Below, one piece after another: positions 49,515 to 60,211 of a DNA stretch of 64,000 nt. Source of the DNA: Pocillopora damicornis. Its lineage: Eukaryota. The stretch covers positions 558,001 to 622,000 of the forward strand of contig NW_020845264.1 of assembly GCF_003704095.1 (NCBI RefSeq). The letters run 5' to 3'. Position 1 is the stretch's first letter; each line of letters begins with the position of its first letter. The notes under the pieces are model-generated. The model was not told the origin of the DNA. It searched no databases and saw nothing but the letters and a program-made list of their open reading frames with translations. A program made the position numbers and the translations under genes.

Positions 49515-52500
49515 GGATTTCGATTGGCAAAGTGAAGAAAGTGAAGAAGTGGAAGAGAAGGAGACACGTGACCTCAGCTTGTGGAAGATAACGATTCCTC
49601 ACGTGATCATGGAAACTAAACAGGTGATTGGTCATTCCACATTTTAGGCTTAGGTTAGCCAGCCATAACTTTCGCTTTTGCCTGCATGGCAGGAGCCTGT
49701 TTCAGGCATTCAGTCCGTAAATAACACAAGCAGAGCGGCAGGGCTAAGACACTGTGGGGTCAAGTACTTTATTACGCGACCCAACCTCACTCGACCCAAA
49801 TCTCCTCGTTTTTTCACTCCTCCGCTACTATCGCGCCGTTTGCTTTCGCGTTTCGTATTACTTTTTGAACGCCCTGGAACAGGCTACCGCTGCAAGTTAA
49901 AGCGAGTAGGAAATCAATTATCACCAACCACAAAATTTAGTGAATGCAAAGCGGTTGACTTTCAATTTCTATTTTGTGACCATCAAACCAGACCTAAATG
50001 AAATCTATTGAATAAGCAGTCTTGTGATAGGATTGGTTACCGTGTTGATAGATAGTAGAGTAAACATTATGGTAAATGCTTAGACTAGTGATAACGCTGA
50101 TGTTTTCACTTCACGTCTTGCTGTCGGTAGCTTTAAATTACACCAGTTATAGACATTCTTACACGAAGCGTAATACATTACATTGCTTTACAGAAGTGTA
50201 TGTTTATTATATCAGTGGAAAGAGCTGATGTAGGAGAAGGTGCGTATGCTTTACACCTACATTCTGTACAATTGTCACTATTCCGAATCAAGGTGTTCTT
50301 AACAATGGTCGCCTTTTCCATCGCAAATTGAGCAAGACATACATGGCAGAATTTACTTTTACCAAACAACGAATTTTAACCTGTCCTCAAATGCGATGAG
50401 ACAGCGTGTCATCCATTTCAATGTGTTGTCTAAGTTAATAGTTTATCTTCCAGTGACTTTGGCCCAGTTTACTAGACTAATCTCAATGTCAGATGTTTTT
50501 TCCCCTTCTTATGGTTTTCATCGCTTTCGACCAACGTTTCTGCGCACTTTTGAGTCCTTCTTCCTTTTCCACCAAATCTCTGGATATTTTTGTGAACTTG
50601 TTTTCTAAGCTTGCTGCTGCCTGTTGAGTTATTTGAGTTTGTTGCATGGACATTTGCAACCGTAATTCACTTTGTGAAAGTCTTCGGTCGATGTGTGCAA
50701 GCTGGTGATATAAGGTTTCAAGCCGATCGCGCATTCTCTCATATTCCATCGTCTTTCTATCGAAGTTAAGAGCCAGGCTTTGGTTCGCTTGATGTTCTAT
50801 CGACGGTGTATAAAGTTTTCTAACAATCGCTTTGTTGTAAAGCGACGCCACCTTTTGAAATCAAAGGGGTATTGTTTCAGCCAAAAGCGGCTTTCTTTGC
50901 AACAAAGTCGATAATTAGAAGACGATAATTAAAAGTCAAAATTATTATAACTATTACTATTTTAAGCTACAAATTTCAACATGTAAACGAATCGTTAAGA
51001 TGAAAGATGTTATCCAGCAAAGCGCTCTTTATAAGGTATTTTTTTACTTCTTTCACCTAAATTGTAAAGTATTTTTCCAAAGCTATGTTCGAAGGTTCTT
51101 TCAAATATCCGCTCATTCCACGGTTACTTCTCGAGTGTAACTCTGATTATCAGTGTTTCCTTTCCAGCCCTATTCAATTTCCTTTAGTTCAGTATGAAAC
51201 GATACCATTGGATATCAAACCAGCATATACCTTTGGTAACTAATGCCTTCAAAGCATCCCAGCTCCCCCACAATCCGCGCGTATTTTTCAAAGCTCTTAT
51301 TTCATTCGTTGTCAATAGGACACACCTCTTTCAAAATGGCTGAACCGCTTTCTGAATGCGCATAAGTGGCAACCTATTATAGGAGTGGTGAAGTTATCCA
51401 AATGAAGGAAATCCCAAAGAATTTTATTATTTCTCGAGGACCGGTAAAGCGGTCTACTATTGCTTGCGTTTTGTTGAAAACGGCGTCGAAGCTCAAGCAG
51501 TGAATTCTATTTCTCTTTTTCTCTGCTTTTCTTTGCAGTTACCCGATGGGATGTTGCACGGTAGGTTTTAATTACTGTTTGTCATGAGCTACAAAGACTT
51601 CGAGCAGTCCATCCTTTTCAGCGAAAAGCATGAGTCAAAAACAAATCCGTGAAAAAAACCAACGGTGTTAGCTCGCCGCGCGAAACTATGGGAGCGAAGT
51701 GCACGCGAAAAAAGAGACGGCTCGTAGTTTATCAGTTACCAGTTGATTTGTATTAATTGAACAACAAAGAGAGGCTCAAGCTGGACAGCTGTCCTTTCAT
51801 TCTCTAGTTTGTAGTAGCACTAAACTAATAACACGAATTTTGACGTTTTTCACAAAGTTGAAGTTTGCGAAAGATTCCATCTGTTTTTTCAATTTTGAAA
51901 GTGGTGAAGGTATTGGTGATATTTTTTCCTTTTTTTCAGAGTAAGGTTTGCTCGTATTCTATCACCCTAGTTGCGAAAAGGAAATTATTGTGCAAGTCAT
52001 TATACAAAGAAGCTAAGCCATTGCAGTTTTGATTTTAACAGTTTTAGTTGCTTTGTGATGTTCATTTTAAATCCACAGGAGGTATAAGGAATTCTTTGTT
52101 CTTCAAAGCAAGTTACAGGAATTTCACGGTAAGTAATGGAGTTTATTCCATGTTTACTGAAAGAACCTACAGTCCACCACATGAGGCTAAGATTACCCTT
52201 TGGTAATCTAGGCTGATCTCGGGTTATATCTGTTTTTTTTTCTGTTTCTGAGCATGCGTGAACTACCCGCAAAGCAACTGAGCCTCATTGATTCTAAACA
52301 CAGATTAGGTGATTTTCTCAAAGTCACAGTTGGCAATATTCCGTCGCGAATTGCATGTCAGTCTCTTCTTTTACAATCTGCAGTCATGAATGGCAATATA
52401 CGAACCACAGTAAATCTGATTTTACATTACAAAACACCGTGACAGGGCGAACCTTAGGTAGCTCTTCCATTGGGCGTAGGTGTGGGAACATCTAGAACTA

Positions 52501-55500
52501 CTGCTAATGATCGTCCATTTATAGGACGCGGAATCCAAATCTGTTTACCAGAAAGAAGTAAATCTTTTAATTTTAAATAAAGGAGACCAAACGTTGGATG
52601 CTTTTCAAGTCAACTTGTGATCCGTTAGTGTTCAAAGGCCAAAGAAGAAAAACTCGTAGAACTAAATAGCGTAGGCACATAGTCAGTTTTATCACCCAGC
52701 CGTCGGGGAAGAGGGACACACCTTTGAGATCCTCAAGACGAGTCGTTTTTCTTGGACGACACACTTAAAACCTCTATCAGTAATGCATATATTTTTTTTG
52801 TAGGTTCAATCGACGACTCGCTTCTCCCACCGAAGCGAAATTCTTCAAAATCAATTTCACAGAAGAGTACAGCTATTTATTTTGATGCGTGTAGAGTTCA
52901 GTTCGAGAAATATTTACAGGTCAGTATGAAGCATTAATGATGAATCTCATGGCGTGGAATGAATTGTTGCAATAATTTGTGGTTTGTCTGTTTTGTAGTA
53001 TTTGTGTTCTAATCCGCTGCTCAAAGGGAGCGGTTTACTGTTCAACTTCCTTTCACCAGAAAAGGAATTCAGTAAAATGTTTGGCCCTGACAAGATGGGC
53101 GATAAAGCGGGTAAGTTACATGCTGTTTTGTTCTACTTATAAATTCTGTACATCAGTAACATAATGATGAATGGCAAACACTCCAAACGTCAGCGTAAGA
53201 AACTCTTTACGGTGGCCAATTTACATCATAAACTCAGCTCATAAAACTAACTACCTTATAATTCAACCCATCGCGATAGCACCACAGTTTCTTTAGAAAC
53301 TTACCTCATAAATGAAAAAATACATGAATCAATCAATATAAGGATAAGTCATAAAGCTATGCGATGTTAGTGAGCGAACAAAGCTTGTTTGAAACATATG
53401 TGCAGCTCAGAGAAATTAGTAAATCGGAGCTAATTAGGAAACATGATACAGTTTGGTGGTTCATCATGATTCTCTGTCAGAAGAATATAAAGGACACTGT
53501 CATACATTTCCAGCTTGATTTTTTTTCTATATTTTTTATTCTGATTTCTCGGTTTTTCGCTTTTCTTAGGTAAAAAGATCAAGTCAATGACAACCATACT
53601 CAAAAAAGAGGTAGGCATTGAAGAACAAGCTATGAAATGCTGTACAGAAAAGTGAATGACATTCATTCTTACACCGAGTTCTATTTCAGTATTCATTTGG
53701 TGGGACTGGATATAACATTTCCATCGTGAAACTAAGTTTTTCTGATTCTCTTTACAGAAAGGTCAAAACCTTGATCCATTTCTACAATCGTTCTTATCAT
53801 CCACCATAGAACCAACCAAAAGGAAGCCATTGCCAAAGTAAGTCATTCTCTTCATGCTGAATTGTTTTACAGTCATGTGACCGTAAATGTCAGGCGATCG
53901 TGCAAATTAACTCTACGTGATCACAGACCATAAGCAGAGCCTCTTTCTTAGTTTATCTTGTCACGTGAGTCACAAGTGGTACGCGAAAACCAGTTATATT
54001 ACATCTGATTGCTTATGACTCGCACACAAAAAAACGACTGTCTGGGCTTGCTGTCGCTTATTCAAGACAAAATTGCACTGTATTATCGGCTTAGTAAATA
54101 TTAGGTACTATTTATTGCAGGGGTCTTCTAGCTCTGTCAAGAAGAAGCGAGGTATGCTTTCATTTTATACGTTATTACCTTATTTCCATTTTTGCATTCT
54201 ATATTTGGTTAAGAAAAAACTAAATTAAACTCGCTTTTACCAGCCTTCAATCTTATGTCTTTAAAGATTTTGAAGTTTCGGTTTTGAAACCTTTTAAGCA
54301 TTTTAATGTGTTACATCTTGTTTGAATTGCATCCAGGAGGGAATTTTTCCAGGAAGGAGAAAACCATCGTAAGTATTGCGTGGTTCGTAGACCCTTCTTT
54401 ATTATCCTCGAGAGGAACAATGAGTACAATCGACAGTGTTATCTAATCATTTGATATTATTTTTCCTTTTTTTAGGGGTAGTTCGCTACGCGTGAAGGTG
54501 GAAGGTGAGCAATTAATCCATAAAATTTTACAATCGCTTTGTTTGTTTGTTTTTTTTTTTTTTCATATTTACATTGTGTAGCTCATGAGATTATAGTAGG
54601 ACATGAGTGTTGGATAAAGCTGATTATCATCGAAATCTTTGTTGTTATGCAGCATCAGGGAAACCGCTGATATCAGTGACTGGTGTCACCGACTACATCC
54701 TGTTCCTCGGTAAGTCATTTGATCTTTTTGATCTTGATCTTTTTTTTGACTGTAGTATTAAAATGTCTTGGCTTGGGATGCTTGTGTACTGCAGGTCACC
54801 CAGCCTGAGTGGTGTGACCGGTATAAAGGAAGTTGCAACCTGTACGACCCACCGACCGTCCATAATAAGTGCTACTTTTTACATACGTGAACAGTTAAAA
54901 TGTGGGCAAAGTAATTCAAAGGCTTCATTATTACGGTTCTTGTAGTTGACTGCCAGTATGAAATTTGGCCTTAAAGTGGACATGAAGTACGTGGGACAAA
55001 TTAGATTCCTTTGGTGCCAAACCACTGCGCATGCTTTTTAGTTGGGTCTCTCGCCATCAGTCAAGTCGCAAGTTACATTTGATCAGTGGCTTTAGAATTG
55101 TGAAGAATTAGCCAAGAAAGCATGTGACGATTGGTGTTGCTGCTGTAGAGATAGTGAAAAACTTCCCTAGTGAATTTTTACTAGTCAAACCATTTATTCT
55201 CATCCTTTTTTTCCTTTTCACAGCGCAACGTCTGTTCGATGTCCCAGCCTTGTTATACAGTTTGTTAGTTTGTGGAAAAGTCGCATTTCAACAGACCCTA
55301 GATGTTTACGCTGATAGGTGTTCATGAAACTTTTCTTTTAACAGGACATAAGAGCGATTCTGAATATGAGACTGACATGAATAGCTGCTAGAGCCCATTT
55401 TGATTTCCACCACAATACCGCAGTAATTAGTCTTACTCCTCAAGGAGAGAGGCTATATGAGAGTGAAGTTTCTTGCCAAAGAACACAACATAACAGCCAA

Positions 55501-57618
55501 GCCTGGTATTGAACCTTTATTTTTCCATGCGCAGTGAATTCGGCGCAATACAAGATGAGCTAACTATTTTCTCTCAAAAAGATAGAGTTATTGTGAAAGA
55601 GATGACTTCCACTAAAACGCGAACATATCAACCTCAGCAAAATCTGGTCACTCCCGTCTCCGTTACTGACCTTACCTTTTTTTTTGTATTGCAGATATTT
55701 AGCTGGTAAAGTGGATTTGTTGACGAATGAACATCGCCTGGTTATGATAATTCATTTACTAAGAGGTGACAAAAATGCTGATGTAGATCAACTTGATGTT
55801 TTTGAGATTGTTTTCATATGATATGAGCCCATCAAGGACGCAAGTCTCAACTGCGATCAAAACCTGGTGAAAAATGCAAAGCCAAGTGGAAGAAAATTCA
55901 ACGTTTTAGCTTAATTTGAATTATTTCACATACTCAAAGACACGCCTATGACAATTTTTTCTCTCTTTTGTAGACGCCCTTTTCTTTGATGAAGATCCTC
56001 CACGGTAAAAAAAATTGTTTCTAAAAGTCATTGTTTTTACTGAGTTTGATTGCACGTTTGTTTGATTACTTGGTATTTCATTTCATTTCTCATGTACTTA
56101 TTTATCTCTATAGTTATTTTCGTTGGTTTGATTGACTTCTCTCGGTTTTTTCTTAGAACGGATACACAAAAGTTAGAAAGACGTGAAAAGACTCTGAAAG
56201 AAATGCTCGAGTTTATACCAGGTGTGTAAGTCAACATACACGACACGAGACCACTCGCCATCTGGAGTGCGTTTGGACAAAAAACACACCTCTACCTTGA
56301 CTCCACCCAAATTATGGCTAAATCACCTACATTTTGCAATGAGCTGGTGTTATTCTTAGCGGTGCGTACTGTTTGTTACTTGTTTTCAGATATGGCCGTA
56401 TGTGTTATTGGAGCTGACAGACATAAAACCGGGATCACTTCATTGTTTGAGCTCCTTCAGCAGCCCAGGTTGAATAAACAGGTTGGTTTATTCATTTGTG
56501 CTTTAAAATGAAAGGAATCCTTTGGTTAATGATGTAAACTGGTTTTCAGTATTCCGGAATAACAGGTATTCTGCACTACGTCATACTTTTAAAGCAACTT
56601 GTTCCAGATGTTCAGTCATTTAACAACTTCTTTTTACCCATGAAAAGAAAGAAAATAAAGCAGCCTGACATTATCAGTAGAGCAACGGAAAATAAACTCA
56701 TGAAGAGCGTAGCATGATTTATCTGACTACGTTTTCTAAAACCTTACGCTTGGAACTGACGAATTGAGCCACAAGGCTAGTTTCGAACATATTTACAGTG
56801 GTTTTTGTTTCCTGACATATTGTCGTTGTGTTGTGTTTTGTGTTTATGTTTTTTTTTCTTTTTGAATTTCGCCTTTTATATAAAAAAGAAGAGTTAATTT
56901 ATGTATGCAGAAATGAAGAATTGTGTCATCCAATAAAAAGCCAGAAAACAAACAAAGCTTTTCAAATCAAGTCAGATAGTTCAAAGTGGATACAAGAGAC
57001 GATTCGGGAGTTGACTGAATTATGAATCTTAGTATCTTAATCGTGACGTTGCTTTTTGTTTGTCTCTAAGCTGACGTACGTTCTCCTGGATAGTTTGATG
57101 GGAGAGATTTTTCCAGAGCTAAAGGAGGTATGACACTGCCTCTTTCCTTAGCAATTTCCTCTCTTCTCTGCTGACAGGCCAACAACTTAAGCTTAGAAAT
57201 CCCTCAAAGTATGGCGTAGTTTTGTTATGGACCTGAATTTATTCACTTACTCGTGCTGATTGATTTATGTATTAAACGCGGATTAAGCGCGTATCCCATG
57301 CCTCTCCTACAGAGTTTGGCTCTGTCCCCAAAGTCTTGCTATTTTCTTCTATTCATATATCTAGGGGCGGAGCAAAGGCGGAAATTTCTCCCTGAGTACA
57401 TGAAGTGATCAACACAATTCAAAATAGCGTTTGTCATGTCGGGCTCTACTAAAAAATTGTCAAAGAGGTCTTTTTGATAACGATTTTAACTACTCTTTAC
57501 TGTTGGAAACAAAGAACTTATCAGTTCGTAACAATTTCAATTAATTCTTAGAACCGTTGTATTTTATTTTCCACAGAGTGAGTTGTTCCCAGCAGAAGAG
57601 CTCTCAAGTCGCAACTGA
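42185..57618 (+). CDS. SNX14: Sorting nexin-14 (2 TM, PXA, RGS, PX, Nexin_C), about 40 exons
   Basis: Exon starts approx: 42185, 42793, 43237, 43468, 43751, 44449, 44627, 45082, 45346, 45550, 45847, 46041, 46255, 46740, 46995, 47164, 47519, 47772, 48643, 48857, 49202, 49516, 50194, 51539, 52079, 52804, 52999, 53570, 53758, 54121, 54337, 54476, 54653, 55224, 55695, 55974, 56157, 56390, 57071, 57577. All are GT-AG and phase-consistent. SNX14-type motifs: CTICGNRKCQRHRP, NYVYSWYR (PXA), [27 protein letters not shown] (RGS), WDVARRYKEFFVLQSKLQEFHG (PX), KEKGQNLDPFL, LQQPRLNKQLTYVLLD...IFPEL (Nexin_C). Confidence 0.93.
43981..44188. mobile_element. Diverged relative of the TTAA-CCC MITE family
   Basis: ccctcaactcccaagatctgattgttgattctcc...ggagaatttacaagtgaatca...ttaa. 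Same length and layout as the three clearer copies. Confidence 0.5.
48235..48262 (-). ncRNA. Minimal type I hammerhead ribozyme motif (minus strand)
   Basis: gct-CTGACGA-A-GGGC-TAAC-GCTC-GAAAC-GTC-agc. It has the CUGANGA and GAAA boxes, a 4-bp stem II, palindromic ACGU helix III, the GUC cleavage triplet and helix I GCU/AGC. Confidence 0.75.
48274..48301 (+). ncRNA. Minimal type I hammerhead ribozyme motif (plus strand, sense to SNX14 pre-mRNA)
   Basis: Same core CTGACGAAGGGCTAACGCTCGAAACGTC. Helix I is weaker (gggt/agct, one mismatch). Confidence 0.65.
49467..49514 (+). repeat. (TTA)16 microsatellite abutting an SNX14 splice acceptor
   Basis: 16 perfect TTA units. The last unit plus G forms the TAG acceptor of the exon starting at 49516. 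Confidence 0.95.
49693..49886. mobile_element. MITE with AGCCTGTT(T/C)CAGG terminal inverted repeats
   Basis: agcctgtttcagg at the left and cctggaacaggct at the right, with a CpG-rich interior. It explains spurious ORF 49678-50001. Confidence 0.6.
50489..50851 (-). CDS. Nested antisense coiled-coil ORF resembling the tropomyosin C-terminus
   Basis: 120 open codons after acceptor-like tttcaaaag|GTG. The first ATG at 50749 gives 86 aa with a continuous heptad pattern. It lies wholly inside SNX14 intron 50240-51538. Confidence 0.6.
   Translation of the reverse strand: MASLYNKAIVRKLYTPSIEHQANQSLALNFDRKTMEYERMRDRLETLYHQLAHIDRRLSQSELRLQMSMQQTQITQQAAASLENKFTKISRDLVEKEEGLKSAQKRWSKAMKTIRRGKNI
53168..53306 (+). 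mobile_element. Degenerate copy of the Penelope-like family
   Basis: aaacgtcagc...ctctttacggtggccaatttac...gcaccacagtttctttagaaactta matches 48295-48413. The ribozyme core is decayed. Confidence 0.7.
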
Positions 57619-59305
57619 ATCAAAATGTGTCAAAAACGGGAAAATGGGTGAAAGTCAAACAAGCTGAGACAAAGTTTCTCATCAAGAAAAGAGGGAATAA
57701 TTATCAAGCGGGGATGATTAAATGGAGATTTTAAAGCGTGTGGGCAGACCTAAATAGTAGTTCAGGAAAATAAGAGTAACCTTATTTTCTAATGTGAACC
57801 CAAGCGAAATTATTTCATACGGAAGAGTATATTACTTTTAAACTGTGTAAATATGTAAGTAACAATGATGAAAATTAATCTTTAAAAGCTATGATAAAAT
57901 GTGGTAATTTATGTTTTTTATTTAAAGTTTTGCCAAAAATACAGGAAAGACTTGGTATCTAATTGGATATAATTATTTTTTCAAAGGTCTATGATTGCTA
58001 CTTTCAAAATAAATTGACATACGAAATCAACGCCCACAGTAATATGGTTTTTTATTTGTACGAAAATGCAACTGTTTTATTCTTTTCGCTTTTATTCATG
58101 AACTGTTTGACAGTGCGGTTGTCCACCATTACAGGAAGGTATCAGAAAGGTATTTACTTGTTACTGGTCTATGACTGCATAGTATAAGACTGACGTCAGT
58201 TTACATTTCCTCTAATATTACAGCTTTACAATGACACAACTTAAGTACCACCTCTGTCATTCATCGTTGAGTTCTGAAACCTTTGATTCTGATAGACACG
58301 CTGTACTTAGAAAGTGGATTCAGGTGGAAATGGGTTCTAAAATGCTGAGATAATCGGCCCGGAGACGAAAGCTTGTTCTAAATTTACCGCCGTTTGCCTC
58401 TCCTAATTAACTCGGCCTCGTTCTGCTGCAAATAACAGCAGGCGACTGCATTAACATATGGATATTGCTTGATGAACTAGAAACATAACAATATGGTTTT
58501 CATAATCGAAACGTTTTTTAGTACTTTTCATACCATTTTTCTAGGCACATATGGCTAATTTTCCTTCTATAGGAGAGATAAATTTCTAAGATAAGTACGG
58601 CTGACCATAAACTTATCTTTATCTTGATGTTTTTCTTTCTGGTTGGTTAAATATTTGCTCCATGAAAAATCGTCCGCAGAAAGTAGAAAGTGAAAAGAGC
58701 CTGGGGCACATCGCTAATCATTCTGCGCGAACGAATGTTAAACATGGCAAATGATCTTCAGGGTTATAAACACATGAGTTCTGTCTTGTTCCTCGAGATT
58801 GTGAGCGAAAAAAACGCTTGAGACCTGGATGATGTGTCAACTTCCCGCATTTCCAACAGCTCATCGATGCATTACCACAAATCTTAAAGAAGTAATGTAC
58901 GTAGTAAACAAGTTTCCATGAAGACAAAAAGAGTTTAGTTAATATGATAAATACGCGACGAGTCGTAAATGATTTACAAAAAGCTTTTATTACTTTTGGA
59001 AATGGTTATTCCCCCTAACCAAATCGACCTCTGCTTAAACCAATCAGAAATCAGTAATTTACCCCAAATTGACAGAGGTAACTAACCGATTACGGCGAAT
59101 TTTATTTTCCCCTAGGACTCTTGAAAAGTTTCGCTTATATTTTTTCCTGTCGTAAGCAGACAATAGGCACCCCACGTAGTTGTGATGAAAATAAGTTTGG
59201 TTCCAATGCAAATTTGTATCAGCCGCGAGGGAAAGGAAACTTTCATTATTTGAAGGACAAAGCAGCAAGAATTAAATTTAGCAATTGAAATAACTCCATT
59301 AAGTG

Positions 59306-60211
59306 ATGACAGAATTTGAAGACCCACTGTATTCATCTTACGTTTCCAATTGCGTTCTAAACGCCTTCTCGTCCTACTCAGCCATAATGTTGAACAGTTT
59401 AACAATCCAAGCGCTGAGAAGAACATCGTCGTTACCAAAGCCGTTAAGAATATTACTGCAGAGTCTTGCTGTTTCTGATCTTGGTGTTGGTTTGCTGGCT
59501 CAACCTCTTTATATTGCAGTTCTGTTTAAGTGGATCAATGAAGTGGAGGACAACCTCCTTAATAACATCTTCGACGTGATCACCAGTTTATTTTATTACG
59601 CTTCGTTTCTGGGTCTCATGGCTCTAAGTTTAGACAGATTCCTGTCTGTTCATCTTCATCTCAGATATCAAGAACTTGTGACTCACAAACGTGTCGTTGG
59701 TCTGGTCATCTCAGTTTGGCTTTTGAGCACATTTCTTTCTTTAATTTTGTTGTGGTTACCGAGCGACTTTGTAATCGACCTACTGGAAATTACTATTTTC
59801 GGATTTTGTTTTGTTTGTGTGACACTTTTTTATTTCAGAATTTATCGTACTGTGCGACGCCTTGAAATTCAAATGCAAGCTTTGCACTTAGGGCAAGCTT
59901 TTCAGAATCAAAATGACGAAATGAAGAATTTCTTGAGGCTGAAGAAATCTACCATTAGTACTTTCTATATATATGTTGTATTTATGATTTGTTACCTGCC
60001 AGATTATTGTAGTGCTATCCTGAATGTGTTACAGAGTCAACCAAACTTATTTTTAGACGGTTTTGATTTGTTTACTTTTACTCTTGTGTTTGCAAATTCT
60101 TCTTTTAATCCTGTTATTTACTGCTGGAGGGTGAAACACATTCGACATAGTATCGTGGGCATACTTCGAAATATATATCGGAATGTCTTTGGGGTTCATG
60201 ATCATAGCTGA
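59306..60211 (+). CDS. Single-exon class A GPCR of the cnidarian-expanded adenosine/melanocortin-receptor-like group
   Basis: 301 aa from ATG 59306. Motifs: SLAVSDLGVGLLAQP (TM2), SLDRFLSVHLHLRYQELVTHKRV (TM3/ICL2), FMICYLP (TM6), NSSFNPVIYCWR (TM7). Very short N-terminus. Confidence 0.92.
   Translation: MTEFEDPLYSSYVSNCVLNAFSSYSAIMLNSLTIQALRRTSSLPKPLRILLQSLAVSDLGVGLLAQPLYIAVLFKWINEVEDNLLNNIFDVITSLFYYASFLGLMALSLDRFLSVHLHLRYQELVTHKRVVGLVISVWLLSTFLSLILLWLPSDFVIDLLEITIFGFCFVCVTLFYFRIYRTVRRLEIQMQALHLGQAFQNQNDEMKNFLRLKKSTISTFYIYVVFMICYLPDYCSAILNVLQSQPNLFLDGFDLFTFTLVFANSSFNPVIYCWRVKHIRHSIVGILRNIYRNVFGVHDHS

Noticed and set aside
49370-49567. Poly-Asn ORF
   Set aside because: Antisense reading of the TTA microsatellite and an SNX14 exon.
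54244-54300. Possible extra SNX14 exon LQSYVFKDFEVSVLKPF
   Set aside because: Its phase does not fit after exon 54121-54151, there is no convincing donor, and the chain is complete without it.
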